Shown here one piece after another: positions 38,633 to 47,968 of a stretch of 64,000 nt of DNA. How positions within the stretch are numbered: position 1 is the stretch's first letter; each line of letters begins with the position of its first letter. The DNA is taken from NCBI GenBank assembly GCA_964464605.1, contig CAYXJN010000004.1, positions 124,001 to 188,000 of the forward strand, in the 5' to 3' direction. Origin of the DNA: an uncultured Ignavibacteriales bacterium. GTDB lineage: Bacteria > Zixibacteria > MSB-5A5 > GN15 > FEB-12. Under the pieces are notes generated by a model. The model did no database searches. It was not told the DNA's origin and was given only the letters and a program-made list of their open reading frames with translations. Both the position numbers and the translations under genes were made by a program.

Positions 38633-40101
38633 AGAAAAAACCGGATATCCAAAGTATCCGGTTTTTTATTGCCATAATTTTGCGGACACGCAGGTGGCTG
38701 ATTGCCGCCGTTGAACAAGTACTGCACTAAGTAAGTCAAGTCCGCGACGGTAATACCACCCAGACCATTCACGTTCGCTTCATCAAAACACCCCGGCGCT
38801 GCCCCACCGTTGAAAAGATACTGCACTAAGAAAGTCAAATCGGCGACGGTAATACCGCCAAGTCCGTTTACATTGCCGCGAACACCGGTGCAACAGCTGG
38901 TGGGTGGGCAGGTTTGAATCGGGTCGATAGCAGGCACGATTTTGTATACGACTCCTGCGAACAATTCCGCGACGTACATCTCACCCGATGCATCCTCACC
39001 GAATCCGGAAAGTTCTGCGCCTCCGACGCCGATTTGCGAAGAAACATCGAAAAATTCGGAAACGGAATCTCCGTCATGCTTAATCAGCCAGATGTCTCCT
39101 ACACAAAAATCACCGAACATGTAATAACCCTGCAGGCTTGGCATTCCGCATCCGCGATAAACATAGCCGCCCGTAATCGAGCAGAATCCACCGAGATGCT
39201 GGTATTCGGCGATGGGAAATCTGAGTCCGCTTGAATCGCAATTGCTGGAAGGGTTGTAGCAATGTCTTCCTTCAATAATCGGCCATCCAAAATTGACGCC
39301 CCCCGGATTAGAGGACGGTACGAAGCTGACTTCTTCCCAAGTGTCTTGTCCCACGTCAGCAATATATAGGTCACCGGTTTGCCGGTCGATGCTTGAGCGG
39401 TATGGGTTGCGTAGCCCCATCGCCCAGATTTCATCGAGCGCACTGGATGCGCCTGTATACGGATTGCCGGGTGGAATCGTGTAGGGGAGAGAGGTAACAT
39501 CGATACGGAGTATTTTCCCGCGCAAGCTGAGGGAATCCTGCGCGGATAAAAACGGATCGCCGCAACAGGTACCGTCACCGGTCGGAATGTATAGATAGCC
39601 GTTATTCGGGCCAAACATAAGCGAGCCGCCGTTATGATTCGGAGCATCCGGCTGATCGATAAACAGGACACTTTCTTCACTGGCGGTATCGGCTATATCA
39701 GGATTACCAAGAGAACGTGAAAAGCGGGATATTTGTAAATTGCAGTTGTTACTTTCATTGTACGAAACATAGAAATAGCCGTTGGTAGTGTAATTTGGAT
39801 CAAAGGCTAATCCTAAAAGACCGTTTTCAGCGATATCGCAGGTTAATTCCGTGATATCCAGAAACGGCTCAGTTTGCAATACACCATTTTTGACCAACCG
39901 AATTTTCCCCGGTAATTCAACAATGAACAATCGGGTGGTATCTCCTTTGGCTGCCGTGATGAAAATAGGAAAATCCAATCCTGATGCTATCGGTTGTTTG
40001 GTTAAGGTTGGAGGAGCGGCGAATAACAGTGAAGGGAGCAAGCAGAACAACAGCGCACCGATGCGTGTTATCTGTGTAGTCAAGCGAGCTGTTGCAAACA
40101 T
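38422..40101 (-). CDS. PQQ-dependent glucose/sorbosone dehydrogenase-family protein with C-terminal dockerin-like repeats (natural end probably about 38680)
   Basis: ATG 40101 with GGAG RBS; ENGLLGLAF, NHNGG, GKILRID, GLRNP, DVGQ..WEE, NFGWP; two ADLTxLVQYLFNGG repeats. Confidence 0.87.
   Translation of the reverse strand: MFATARLTTQITRIGALLFCLLPSLLFAAPPTLTKQPIASGLDFPIFITAAKGDTTRLFIVELPGKIRLVKNGVLQTEPFLDITELTCDIAENGLLGLAFDPNYTTNGYFYVSYNESNNCNLQISRFSRSLGNPDIADTASEESVLFIDQPDAPNHNGGSLMFGPNNGYLYIPTGDGTCCGDPFLSAQDSLSLRGKILRIDVTSLPYTIPPGNPYTGASSALDEIWAMGLRNPYRSSIDRQTGDLYIADVGQDTWEEVSFVPSSNPGGVNFGWPIIEGRHCYNPSSNCDSSGLRFPIAEYQHLGGFCSITGGYVYRGCGMPSLQGYYMFGDFCVGDIWLIKHDGDSVSEFFDVSSQIGVGGAELSGFGEDASGEMYVAELFAGVVYKIVPAIDPIQTCPPTSCCTGVRGNVNGLGGITVADLTFLVQYLFNGGAAPGCFDEANVNGLGGITVADLTYLVQYLFNGGNQPPACPQNYGNKKPDTLDIRFFLYRSTIESLIFRFANSGMNTAGSTTTSCGLQPRAVIFPAAAIQATITAGNAVVRIIAVNFVAGSKRSIIS
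38635..38667. terminator. Bidirectional intrinsic terminator
   Basis: A6-CCGGATA-N7-TATCCGG-T6 between convergent genes. Confidence 0.88.
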
Positions 40102-40329
40102 GGTCTGTTCTCCGAACGGTGATTGCCGGAATCGATACGGCTGGTTTGTTGGCGTTAAGCGCCTGCTTAGAATACCTAAAGTTCCGGAATTTGCAAGGCA
40201 ATATCGGAGGGAGGTTTGTCGGTCAGCCGGAAGGAATATAGTTGACAAGCGGCTGCTCATTCCTACCTTACGGAGATTCCTGATTTACCGTCTGGCAAGC
40301 CGTAGACAGGGTGATAGTAGAAAGAGCTT

Positions 40330-40902
40330 ATGTCGCAGTTGACGATGATACATACAGCAGCTACTAAGAACGAGTCGACAACCTTAGTGAATCGAAATGT
40401 TCTGATGCTCAATCAGAATTACGAGCCGATCACCATCTGTTCGGCCCGGCGGGCGATTGTTCTCATGTTTCAAGGCAAAGCTGAATTAATAGAACGGGCG
40501 GATGGCTTTTCGCTTCGTACTGTTACCTCGGCGTATGACATGCCCTCGGTGGTGCGTCTGGCACAGTACCGCAAGGTCCCCTACAAACAGATCATGCTGA
40601 CCAGAAAGAATATTCTGATTCGGGATGGGCACCGTTGCCAGTACTGCGGTACCAACCGTGGTGCAATGACCGTCGACCATATCCATCCGAAAAATATGGG
40701 TGGGGTTGATACCTGGGAAAACCTGGTGTGCGCTTGCCCCCGCTGCAATAACATGAAAGGGGACAGAACCCCGGAACAAGCAGGAATGAAGCTGATGAAG
40801 CGACCGGTACGGCCGTCATTCATCGGCTTTATCCAACGTCATGTCACCGTCTCGAATCAATGGCGACCATACCTGTTTATGGACCCGATATCGCCGAATT
40901 GA
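40330..40902 (+). CDS. HNH endonuclease-domain protein
   Basis: VLMLNQNYEP, RDGHRCQYC, TVDHIHP..GG..WENLVCAC..CN..K. Confidence 0.9.
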   Translation: MSQLTMIHTAATKNESTTLVNRNVLMLNQNYEPITICSARRAIVLMFQGKAELIERADGFSLRTVTSAYDMPSVVRLAQYRKVPYKQIMLTRKNILIRDGHRCQYCGTNRGAMTVDHIHPKNMGGVDTWENLVCACPRCNNMKGDRTPEQAGMKLMKRPVRPSFIGFIQRHVTVSNQWRPYLFMDPISPN

Positions 40903-40910
40903 GCACATCA

Positions 40911-40935
40911 GCCGGGAGTAACTCCTGGCGTTTTT
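40911..40935 (+). terminator. Intrinsic terminator
   Basis: GCCGGGAGT-A-ACTCCTGGC hairpin followed by GTTTTT. Confidence 0.65.
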
Positions 40936-41040
40936 GTATCTACTCCACGGAACTTCACAACAATCGGAACCGGATAGATTTTGTTTGATTTGTCCGTTCG
41001 CGCAACGTACCATCTGGTATGACGTTATCCATAATTACCC

Positions 41041-42060
41041 ATGACTGAAACCTCACCCGTCACACCCTCCCAACCCAAGAAGGAAACGATTCTCTCCGGC
41101 ATGCAGCCTTCAGGCGCTTTGCACGTCGGTAATTTAGAAGGGGCGTTACGCAATTGGGTGCGATTGCAGGATCAGTATTGGATGTATCTCTGCATCGTCG
41201 ACTGGCATGCTCTGACTGCTGCCTACGACGATACCAAGAAGCTCAAAGAGAATATCTTTCAGATGGCGGTTGACTTTTTGGCGGCCGGGCTCAACCCGGA
41301 AAACTGCGCTATATTCATTCAGTCGGATGTCAAAGAACATGCCGAGTTGCATCTGATCTTCTCGATGCTGATTACTGTTCCGACGTTGACCCGTTTGCCT
41401 ACCTATCAGGAGAAGAAAGACCATCTCGATTCGTACGGCTTTTTGGGGTACCCGGTCTTACAGGCCGCCGATATCTGCCTCTACAACGCGAACAAAGTGC
41501 CGGTGGGGAAGGATCAGGAGAAGCATATCTGGCTGGCGAAGGACTTGGCGCAGCGTTTCAATTCGGCCTACAAAAAGACCTTCACCGAGCCTGAGGCGTT
41601 GTTCACCGAAATCCCGCTGATTTTGGGCGCAGATAACCGGAAGATGTCCAAGTCATACGACAACCATATCCCGATTGAATACGATGAACGTCAGACCGAA
41701 AAACGGATAGCTACTTTCTACACCGATCCGCAAAAAGTTCATCGCGGGGACAAAGGAAGGCCGGAAATATGTCCTGTTTATTTGTTGCATCGTATATATT
41801 CCCCCGAGCATGATACGGAGATTGCACCGGGCTGCCGCAGCGGCGTGTTGGATTGTGTCGATTGCAAGAAGCGATTGGCCAAAAACCTGAATAGCGCGTT
41901 GGCGCCGATTCGGGGAAAGCGGCTGGATTTGGTGAAACGACCGGATGTCGTGTGGGATGTGCTTCAGACCGGCGCGCAACGGGCGCGCCAGCGGGCGCAA
42001 AACGTAATGCAAAAAGTTCGATCCGCTATGAAGATCGACTATTGGGAGTCAAAGAAGTGA
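41041..42060 (+). CDS. trpS: Tryptophanyl-tRNA synthetase
   Basis: SGMQPSG.LHVGN, YPVLQAADI, VPVGKDQ, KMSKS. Confidence 0.96.
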   Translation: MTETSPVTPSQPKKETILSGMQPSGALHVGNLEGALRNWVRLQDQYWMYLCIVDWHALTAAYDDTKKLKENIFQMAVDFLAAGLNPENCAIFIQSDVKEHAELHLIFSMLITVPTLTRLPTYQEKKDHLDSYGFLGYPVLQAADICLYNANKVPVGKDQEKHIWLAKDLAQRFNSAYKKTFTEPEALFTEIPLILGADNRKMSKSYDNHIPIEYDERQTEKRIATFYTDPQKVHRGDKGRPEICPVYLLHRIYSPEHDTEIAPGCRSGVLDCVDCKKRLAKNLNSALAPIRGKRLDLVKRPDVVWDVLQTGAQRARQRAQNVMQKVRSAMKIDYWESKK

Positions 42061-42857
42061 GTCACCCGATTTTTACTGAGCAAACAGCCGATTACCGGAT
42101 AGATGTCGACGTTTTTCAGGGACCGTTGGATCTGTTGTTGTATCTGATCGATAAGGAAGAGATTGACATTTACGACATTCCAATAGCTAAAATCACCCGG
42201 CAGTATTTGAACTATATCGAAATGATGACCTCCTTGAATCTGGAAGTCGCCGGAGAGTTTATTCTTATGGCCGCTTCGCTCATTCGCATCAAAACCAGAA
42301 TGTTATTGCCGCGGGATGAGGAAAACCCGGAAGAAATAGATCCGCGCGAAGAGTTGGTGCTCGCCCTTATCGAATACCGGAAATTCAAAGAAGCAGGTCA
42401 GATTTTACGGGAAAAAGCGCTTTCGGAAGAACTCAATTACGTACCGCCGTCTCCGATTGCCCGCCCGGAAACACGGGTGGAAGTAAAATCATTTTCTACT
42501 TTGTTTGATTTGATATCGGCGTTTAAGGAAGTCACCACGCGAATCAAGAGCGAAACCTTCCATGATGTTGTCGCCGAAGAAGTGTCGATCCATGACCGGA
42601 TGACGATTATCGTGACCTATCTCCGTGACCGGGATATGGCGACGTTCGAAGAACTATTTGCCGATACGCCGCGTAAAATTATTGCGGTGGTTACCTTTAT
42701 CGCCCTTTTGGAAATGGTGCGCACACGACGTGTCGCATTGTTTCAATCATTTCCCTTCACTCAGATTCGGGTCTGTCGCGGCGAGCGGTTCGAGGCGCCG
42801 ATAGAGTCTGACGCAGAGGATGAGATCACCGCTTTAGTGACGAATACAGAGGAGTAA
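42057..42857 (+). CDS. scpA: Segregation and condensation protein A
   Basis: GTG start overlapping the trpS stop; FQGPLDLLLYLI, TFIALLE. Confidence 0.93.
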   Translation: MSHPIFTEQTADYRIDVDVFQGPLDLLLYLIDKEEIDIYDIPIAKITRQYLNYIEMMTSLNLEVAGEFILMAASLIRIKTRMLLPRDEENPEEIDPREELVLALIEYRKFKEAGQILREKALSEELNYVPPSPIARPETRVEVKSFSTLFDLISAFKEVTTRIKSETFHDVVAEEVSIHDRMTIIVTYLRDRDMATFEELFADTPRKIIAVVTFIALLEMVRTRRVALFQSFPFTQIRVCRGERFEAPIESDAEDEITALVTNTEE

Positions 42858-42861
42858 TCAT

Positions 42862-43569
42862 ATGGAACATGCATCACACATTCCCATCGTGGAATCGTTA
42901 ATACTTGCTTCAACCGAACCGTTGCCTGCCTCAAAAATACTCGAAGTGTTACAGGAAGGTTCGGCCGGTGATATTGAAACGATTGTCGAAGAATTGAATA
43001 AGAAATATGAATCAGTCGGCGCTTCATTCCGGATTCGTCCGATAGCGGGTGGTTACCAGTTTCATATCAAACCGGAATATACCGGCTATGTCGAAGAGCT
43101 GTTTACCCGCCGTCGCCGTATGCGCATGACGCAGGCAGCGCTGGAGACTTTGGCAATTGTCGCCTACCGCCAGCCGGTAACCAAAACCGAAATCGAGCAT
43201 ATTCGCGGCGTCGCCTCCGACGGCGTTTTGCACACCCTTTTGGAAAAAGATCTGATTGCCATTAAAGGCCGTGCCAAAGCAGTCGGCAAACCGCTGCAAT
43301 ACGGCACTACCGATGAGTTTTTGAAATTCTTCGGCTTAAATACGATTGTCGACCTGCCAAAGATGTCGGAAATCGAAGAACTGATTACCGCATCCCGCTC
43401 CGACAAGCAGACGGAGCTGAATCTCGATGACGGAATACCGGCCTCAGTTCGGGAAAAATTGAATGTGGCGGACGGCACCTTTGATCCGCGACGCATTTAT
43501 GGTCATAGCGAAGAAACAATGACTGCCGTGAATGAATCAGAAACCCGGGAAGATTTTTCAGAGAATTAA
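42862..43569 (+). CDS. scpB: Segregation and condensation protein B
   Basis: AALETLAIVAYRQPVT..IE.IRGV, YGTTDEFL..FGL. Confidence 0.95.
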   Translation: MEHASHIPIVESLILASTEPLPASKILEVLQEGSAGDIETIVEELNKKYESVGASFRIRPIAGGYQFHIKPEYTGYVEELFTRRRRMRMTQAALETLAIVAYRQPVTKTEIEHIRGVASDGVLHTLLEKDLIAIKGRAKAVGKPLQYGTTDEFLKFFGLNTIVDLPKMSEIEELITASRSDKQTELNLDDGIPASVREKLNVADGTFDPRRIYGHSEETMTAVNESETREDFSEN

Positions 43570-43646
43570 TGGGAATTTCATAACGACTATGTGACGTTAT
43601 TCGTGATAGTTTTGTATTACCGCAGTTTCCTGAGAGGGGTACCGGG

Positions 43647-44477
43647 ATGAAACATTCCGGCAAACGAAAAAGGACGCCTGCACGCAACACGATCCCAGAC
43701 GCAAGAGAGCAAGCGATGATCAGACTTAATAAATTTCTTTCCTTATGCGGCGTTACTTCCCGGCGCGGTGCCGAAATACTTATGGCCGAAGAGCGGGTAA
43801 CCATAAACGGGGAAATTGTTACCAAAGTCGGAACGATTATCGATGAAACCAAAGATGTCATTACCGTCGACGGCGCGGTCGTAAAACCGGTTCAGAAAAA
43901 AGTCTATGTAGCCATGAACAAACCGCGCATGGTTATGACGACCTTAAGCGATCCGTTCCGCCGCAAAACGATTCTGCATCTGCTCAAAGGAGTTTCCGAG
44001 CGTGTTTACCCGATTGGGCGGCTTGATTACGACTCAGAAGGTATTTTGTTACTGACCAACGACGGGGAAATGGCCTATCGTCTGGCCCACCCCCGGTACG
44101 GCGTTCGCAAGGTATATGAAGTCCGGGTGAGCGGAGAGTTTGGACCTGCACAGGCAAAGAGAATCCAGCAGGGAATACAGCTTGAGGACGGGGCGATCGG
44201 CAAGGCCCAGCAGGTGACCATTTTGTCCGCTACCGACGGGGAAACAAAAGTCCGTTTGACCTTGACCGAAGGGAGAAAGCGGGAAGTGAAGCAGCTCTGT
44301 AAGGCGGTTGGTACCCCGGTCAAACATCTCAAGCGTATAGAGTTTGCCGGGATTACCCAGCGGGATTTGGCGCCCGGTAAATGGCGCTATTTGACCCCGG
44401 TTGAGATAGAGTTTCTCATTAGAAAAGTTGGCTTAGATAAAGAGAATCATCAGGAATCTGCCCCCAAAGAAGGGTGA
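43647..44477 (+). CDS. rluB: rRNA pseudouridine synthase (RluB/RsuA family)
   Basis: S4 domain RLNKFL..G..SRR; GRLDYDSEG catalytic motif; follows scpB. Confidence 0.88.
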   Translation: MKHSGKRKRTPARNTIPDAREQAMIRLNKFLSLCGVTSRRGAEILMAEERVTINGEIVTKVGTIIDETKDVITVDGAVVKPVQKKVYVAMNKPRMVMTTLSDPFRRKTILHLLKGVSERVYPIGRLDYDSEGILLLTNDGEMAYRLAHPRYGVRKVYEVRVSGEFGPAQAKRIQQGIQLEDGAIGKAQQVTILSATDGETKVRLTLTEGRKREVKQLCKAVGTPVKHLKRIEFAGITQRDLAPGKWRYLTPVEIEFLIRKVGLDKENHQESAPKEG

Positions 44478-44482
44478 CCCTC

Positions 44483-44590
44483 TTGACAGGTTTCGGGGGA
44501 TGGAATATGTTGGCACCCTGCAATAACAATTGCACCACTGGGTTTAGCTTCTCTCTTGCTGCTACAATTGCGAAGTTAAGCCCGTTTTTA
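44483..44590 (+). ncRNA. Candidate ~70-nt small RNA with its own promoter and terminator
   Basis: TTGACA-N17-TATGTT (44483-44511); 12-bp stem GGGTTTAGCTTC/GAAGTTAAGCCC plus T tract; no ORF. Confidence 0.5.
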
Positions 44591-44608
44591 TTTCCCGAAA
44601 AATTAAGT

Positions 44609-44765
44609 AAAACAAAACCCCGGTGATGTTACAACATCCCGGGGTCGGTAATCTGTTGGGATTGAACTAATCTCCCCAACCAATTTTTTCGGAGGAGGAA
44701 ACTAGAACTCAGTCACCTCACAATAGTCTGTCATTTTACTCAGGACCACCTCCTTTCTTGTGTAC
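44609..44765 (-). ncRNA. Candidate ~155-nt RNA with extended anti-SD complement and micro-ORF
   Basis: TTGGAA-N16-TATACT promoter (44770-44797); AGAAAGGAGGTGGTCC; ORF MTDYCEVTEF (44702-44734); two hairpins, the last with a U tract. Confidence 0.55.
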
Positions 44766-44851
44766 CGCCAGTATATCTGTTTTAAGCCGTTTTCCAAATA
44801 AAAAGCGGACCCGGGGCGAAATTTCCGAAAATCACCACTTTTCGGCTTTTG

Positions 44852-44880
44852 TTGACCGCTTGGGAACCGCACTCTATATT
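44852..44880 (+). promoter_or_regulatory. Sigma70 promoter of the cyclophilin gene
   Basis: TTGACC-N17-TATATT. Confidence 0.55.
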
Positions 44881-44927
44881 CTTGGTATCACTGAAAAACT
44901 ACCATATGGAATAAGGATAGTAACCCC

Positions 44928-45605
44928 ATGAAAAACATTATGTTGTTTACCGCGCTTTTGTTTGTTTGTACCGCCTGCAGCCAGGCTGATTCAACCAAGC
45001 AGACAACCCAAACGAAAACTGCACAAACAGGAGCAAACATGACTGAGAAAGCCACTGCCGGAGCCGATTCACTCGCTGCAAAACGATTTCCGGTTCGAAA
45101 CAAAGAAAACAAAATCGTGACGTTGGTCACCGATTTCGGAAATATGACGCTTGAATTGTACCATGACGTTGCCCCTGCCCACGCCGATTCGTTTGTTGCA
45201 TTGACGAACAAGAAATTTTATGACGGTACGATCTTTCATCGCGTTCTCAAAGGTTTCGTGATTCAGGGTGGCGACCCGCTCGGCACCGGTATGGGTAATG
45301 CCGGCTATATGCTGAAAGCGGAATTTAACCCCCTGCCGCATGAATTCGGTACGCTTTCGATGGCCCGTTCGAATGACCCGAACTCTGCATCCAGCCAGTT
45401 CTTTATCTGTCTTGGTCGCGTCGCGAGTTTAGATAATAACTACACCGTATTCGGACATCTGCTCAAAGGTTTCGATGTGTTAAATGCTATCGGTAGCACT
45501 CCGGTAGTGCCGGCTCCGCACGGTGAGGTTTCAAAACCGGCGAAGGAAGTCTATCTCCGCGAAGCCTATTTGTCGGATGCCGAAGGGAACAAGCTGAAAA
45601 AGTAA
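44928..45605 (+). CDS. Cyclophilin-type peptidyl-prolyl isomerase, lipoprotein
   Basis: Lipobox CTAC; FYDG..FHRV...FVIQGGDP, SMAR, SQFFI. Confidence 0.92.
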   Translation: MKNIMLFTALLFVCTACSQADSTKQTTQTKTAQTGANMTEKATAGADSLAAKRFPVRNKENKIVTLVTDFGNMTLELYHDVAPAHADSFVALTNKKFYDGTIFHRVLKGFVIQGGDPLGTGMGNAGYMLKAEFNPLPHEFGTLSMARSNDPNSASSQFFICLGRVASLDNNYTVFGHLLKGFDVLNAIGSTPVVPAPHGEVSKPAKEVYLREAYLSDAEGNKLKK

Positions 45606-45653
45606 GTGACGGGTTTCTGGAAACAGAAACCGGTTACCTGTTGTTTCACGAAT

Positions 45654-46823
45654 ATGGCCAAGCGAAGCATCGCATTATTTGGCGCTACCGGTTCAATCGG
45701 GACGGCGGTGCTTGATGTTGTACGGGCGCACCCGGAAGCGCTTCATGTTGTCGCATTGACGGCGCACGGCAGTACCGAGCTTTTGGCGAAACAGGCAAGA
45801 GAATTTCGCCCTGCCTATATCGGGATTGCCGATCCGGCTAAAGCCACTGAATTACAAAGTGTCGCGAAGGAAATCAACGCGATACTTGTTGTCGGTACAA
45901 ACGACCTGATCGCGCTTGCTCGGCTTTCCGAGGTCGATATGGTGGTTAATGCCATCGTCGGCGCGGCCGGTTTGGAAGCCTCTTTGGCGGCAGTAAAAGC
46001 GGGGAAGAAGCTTGCCGTAGCGAACAAAGAGTCTCTCGTTTCCGGCGGCCCCCTTTTTCCGGCGTTACTCAAAAAACATAACGCCGCGATTTTGCCGATC
46101 GATTCGGAACATTCCGCTATCTGGCAGGCGCTGGCCTGCGGTCAACCGAACGAAGTAAAACGTCTGATCATTACGGCCTCCGGCGGTCCGTTTCGCACGT
46201 TGCCGAAGGAAGAATTCGAACATATTACCGTCGATCGTGCCTTAGCGCATCCGACCTGGCAAATGGGGAAGAAAATTACGATTGATTCGGCTACTCTGGT
46301 GAACAAGGGGCTCGAAGTTATCGAAGCAGGAGTGCTCTTCTCGTTGCCGGTTGAAAAAATTACGGTGCTGGTGCATCCGCAGTCGATCATCCATTCGATG
46401 GTAGAATTCGTCGACTCATCGATTATGGCGCAACTCTCAGCGCCCGATATGCGTTTACCTATTCAGTATGCGCTTTTCTGGCCTGAGCGGAAACCGTCGC
46501 TGCATGGAAAACTCGATCTGATGACGTTGCGTTCATTGACCTTTGAACAACCCGATTATGAACGATTTCCCGGTTTAGCTTTGGCGTTTGAAGTGGCGAA
46601 AGCATCGGGTACGGCGCCGGCCGTGTATAATGCCGCCAATGAAGTCGCAGTTGCCGCTTTTTTGAATAAGGCGATTTCGTTTACGAGAATTGCCGATATA
46701 ATTCGTGAAACCGTTGAATCGATTCCGGTGAATACGCATCCGGAATTTGCAGATATTATCGATGCCGACCGCCGAGCGCGCGGTTTAGCACAACAGAAGA
46801 CAGGAATGCAACCGGTATGCTGA
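45654..46823 (+). CDS. dxr: 1-deoxy-D-xylulose 5-phosphate reductoisomerase
   Basis: GATGSIG, ANKESLV, DSEHSA, TASGGPF, NKGLE. Confidence 0.97.
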   Translation: MAKRSIALFGATGSIGTAVLDVVRAHPEALHVVALTAHGSTELLAKQAREFRPAYIGIADPAKATELQSVAKEINAILVVGTNDLIALARLSEVDMVVNAIVGAAGLEASLAAVKAGKKLAVANKESLVSGGPLFPALLKKHNAAILPIDSEHSAIWQALACGQPNEVKRLIITASGGPFRTLPKEEFEHITVDRALAHPTWQMGKKITIDSATLVNKGLEVIEAGVLFSLPVEKITVLVHPQSIIHSMVEFVDSSIMAQLSAPDMRLPIQYALFWPERKPSLHGKLDLMTLRSLTFEQPDYERFPGLALAFEVAKASGTAPAVYNAANEVAVAAFLNKAISFTRIADIIRETVESIPVNTHPEFADIIDADRRARGLAQQKTGMQPVC

Positions 46824-47884
46824 CGATTTTAGCTTTTGTTTTTGTACTTGGAATACTCGTGTTTATCCATGAACTGGGACACTTTCTGGTCGCCAAAAAG
46901 GTCGGCGTCAAAGTCGAAAAGTTCTCACTCGGGTTTCCACCCAATATTTTCTCCAAAACAGTCGGTGAAACGACCTACTGTATCGGCCTGATTCCCCTCG
47001 GCGGATTCGTGAAGATGATGGGGGAAAATCCGGATGAAGAAACGACTGGCAGTGAACGGGAGTTTATGTCCAAAACTGTCGGACAGCGGGCAGCGGTTAT
47101 TTTCGCCGGACCGTTCATGAATTACATTCTCGCCATTCTCATTCTCATCGGTGTCTTTCTGATTGGCGGTCGCCCGATTTTCGATGATACCCGGATTCTT
47201 GTCGGCCAGGTCAGCAAGGATGGCCCGGCGATAACGGCTGGGTTAAAAGATGGTGATCAGATCATCGCGCTAAACGGCGTTTCCTATACCAGCTTTGATT
47301 CATTGCGAACGGCAATCAACAAACAGGTGCGTCAAACGATAAACGTAACCTGGATTTCCGGCACTGATACGATAACGAAGCAGATGGTCACTACCGCAAG
47401 TCCAATGCCCCGCGAAGATGGCGGTATCGACACCGTGGGTGTTATTGGCTTCACGCAAAAAGCGGTGCGGTATGAACACTACGGCGTGTGGGAGTCGATT
47501 TCACGCGGATTTGTCGCCACGCATGTGATTGTGTATGAAACGGTCAATTTCGTCATTAAGCTTGTTACCGGTAAGGTTTCGGCTAAAATGGTCGGCGGGC
47601 CGTTGTTTATCGCCCAGCAATCCGGCAGAGAGGCGGAAAAAGGGGCCGGAAATCTCTTTTTCTTCATGGCCCTATTATCGGTAAATCTGGCCGTCTTAAA
47701 TGTCCTGCCGATTCCGGTGCTCGATGGCGGTCATCTGCTCTTTTTGGCTATTGAGGCGATGCGAGGCAAACCGCTTTCGGCCAAAGCTCGTGGGATCGCA
47801 CAGCAGGTCGGTATTGTCGCTTTGCTTGGGTTGATCGTTTTTGTAACGTATAACGATATTCTCCGGGCGTTCCGGGGCTTATAA
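46817..47884 (+). CDS. rseP: RIP metalloprotease RseP
   Basis: HELGH, PDZ domain, NVLPIPVLDGGH; follows dxr. Confidence 0.95.
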   Translation: MLTILAFVFVLGILVFIHELGHFLVAKKVGVKVEKFSLGFPPNIFSKTVGETTYCIGLIPLGGFVKMMGENPDEETTGSEREFMSKTVGQRAAVIFAGPFMNYILAILILIGVFLIGGRPIFDDTRILVGQVSKDGPAITAGLKDGDQIIALNGVSYTSFDSLRTAINKQVRQTINVTWISGTDTITKQMVTTASPMPREDGGIDTVGVIGFTQKAVRYEHYGVWESISRGFVATHVIVYETVNFVIKLVTGKVSAKMVGGPLFIAQQSGREAEKGAGNLFFFMALLSVNLAVLNVLPIPVLDGGHLLFLAIEAMRGKPLSAKARGIAQQVGIVALLGLIVFVTYNDILRAFRGL

Positions 47885-47968
47885 CAAGAACTCGATTTAT
47901 TTTGTGATAAACCAGCAGATTTCGGTATAATAGACTAAACCGATAGTTACAGGAGCAGTAAGAGTCAC

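Noticed and set aside
40330..40902. HNH gene as a homing element or defence system
   Set aside because: It has its own promoter and terminator, matches the common stand-alone HNH type, and has no intron, methylase, repeats or Cas neighbours.
44743..44758. 16S rRNA gene fragment (GGACCACCTCCTTTCT)
   Set aside because: The flanking sequence shows no other 16S motifs; better explained as an extended SD on the opposite strand.
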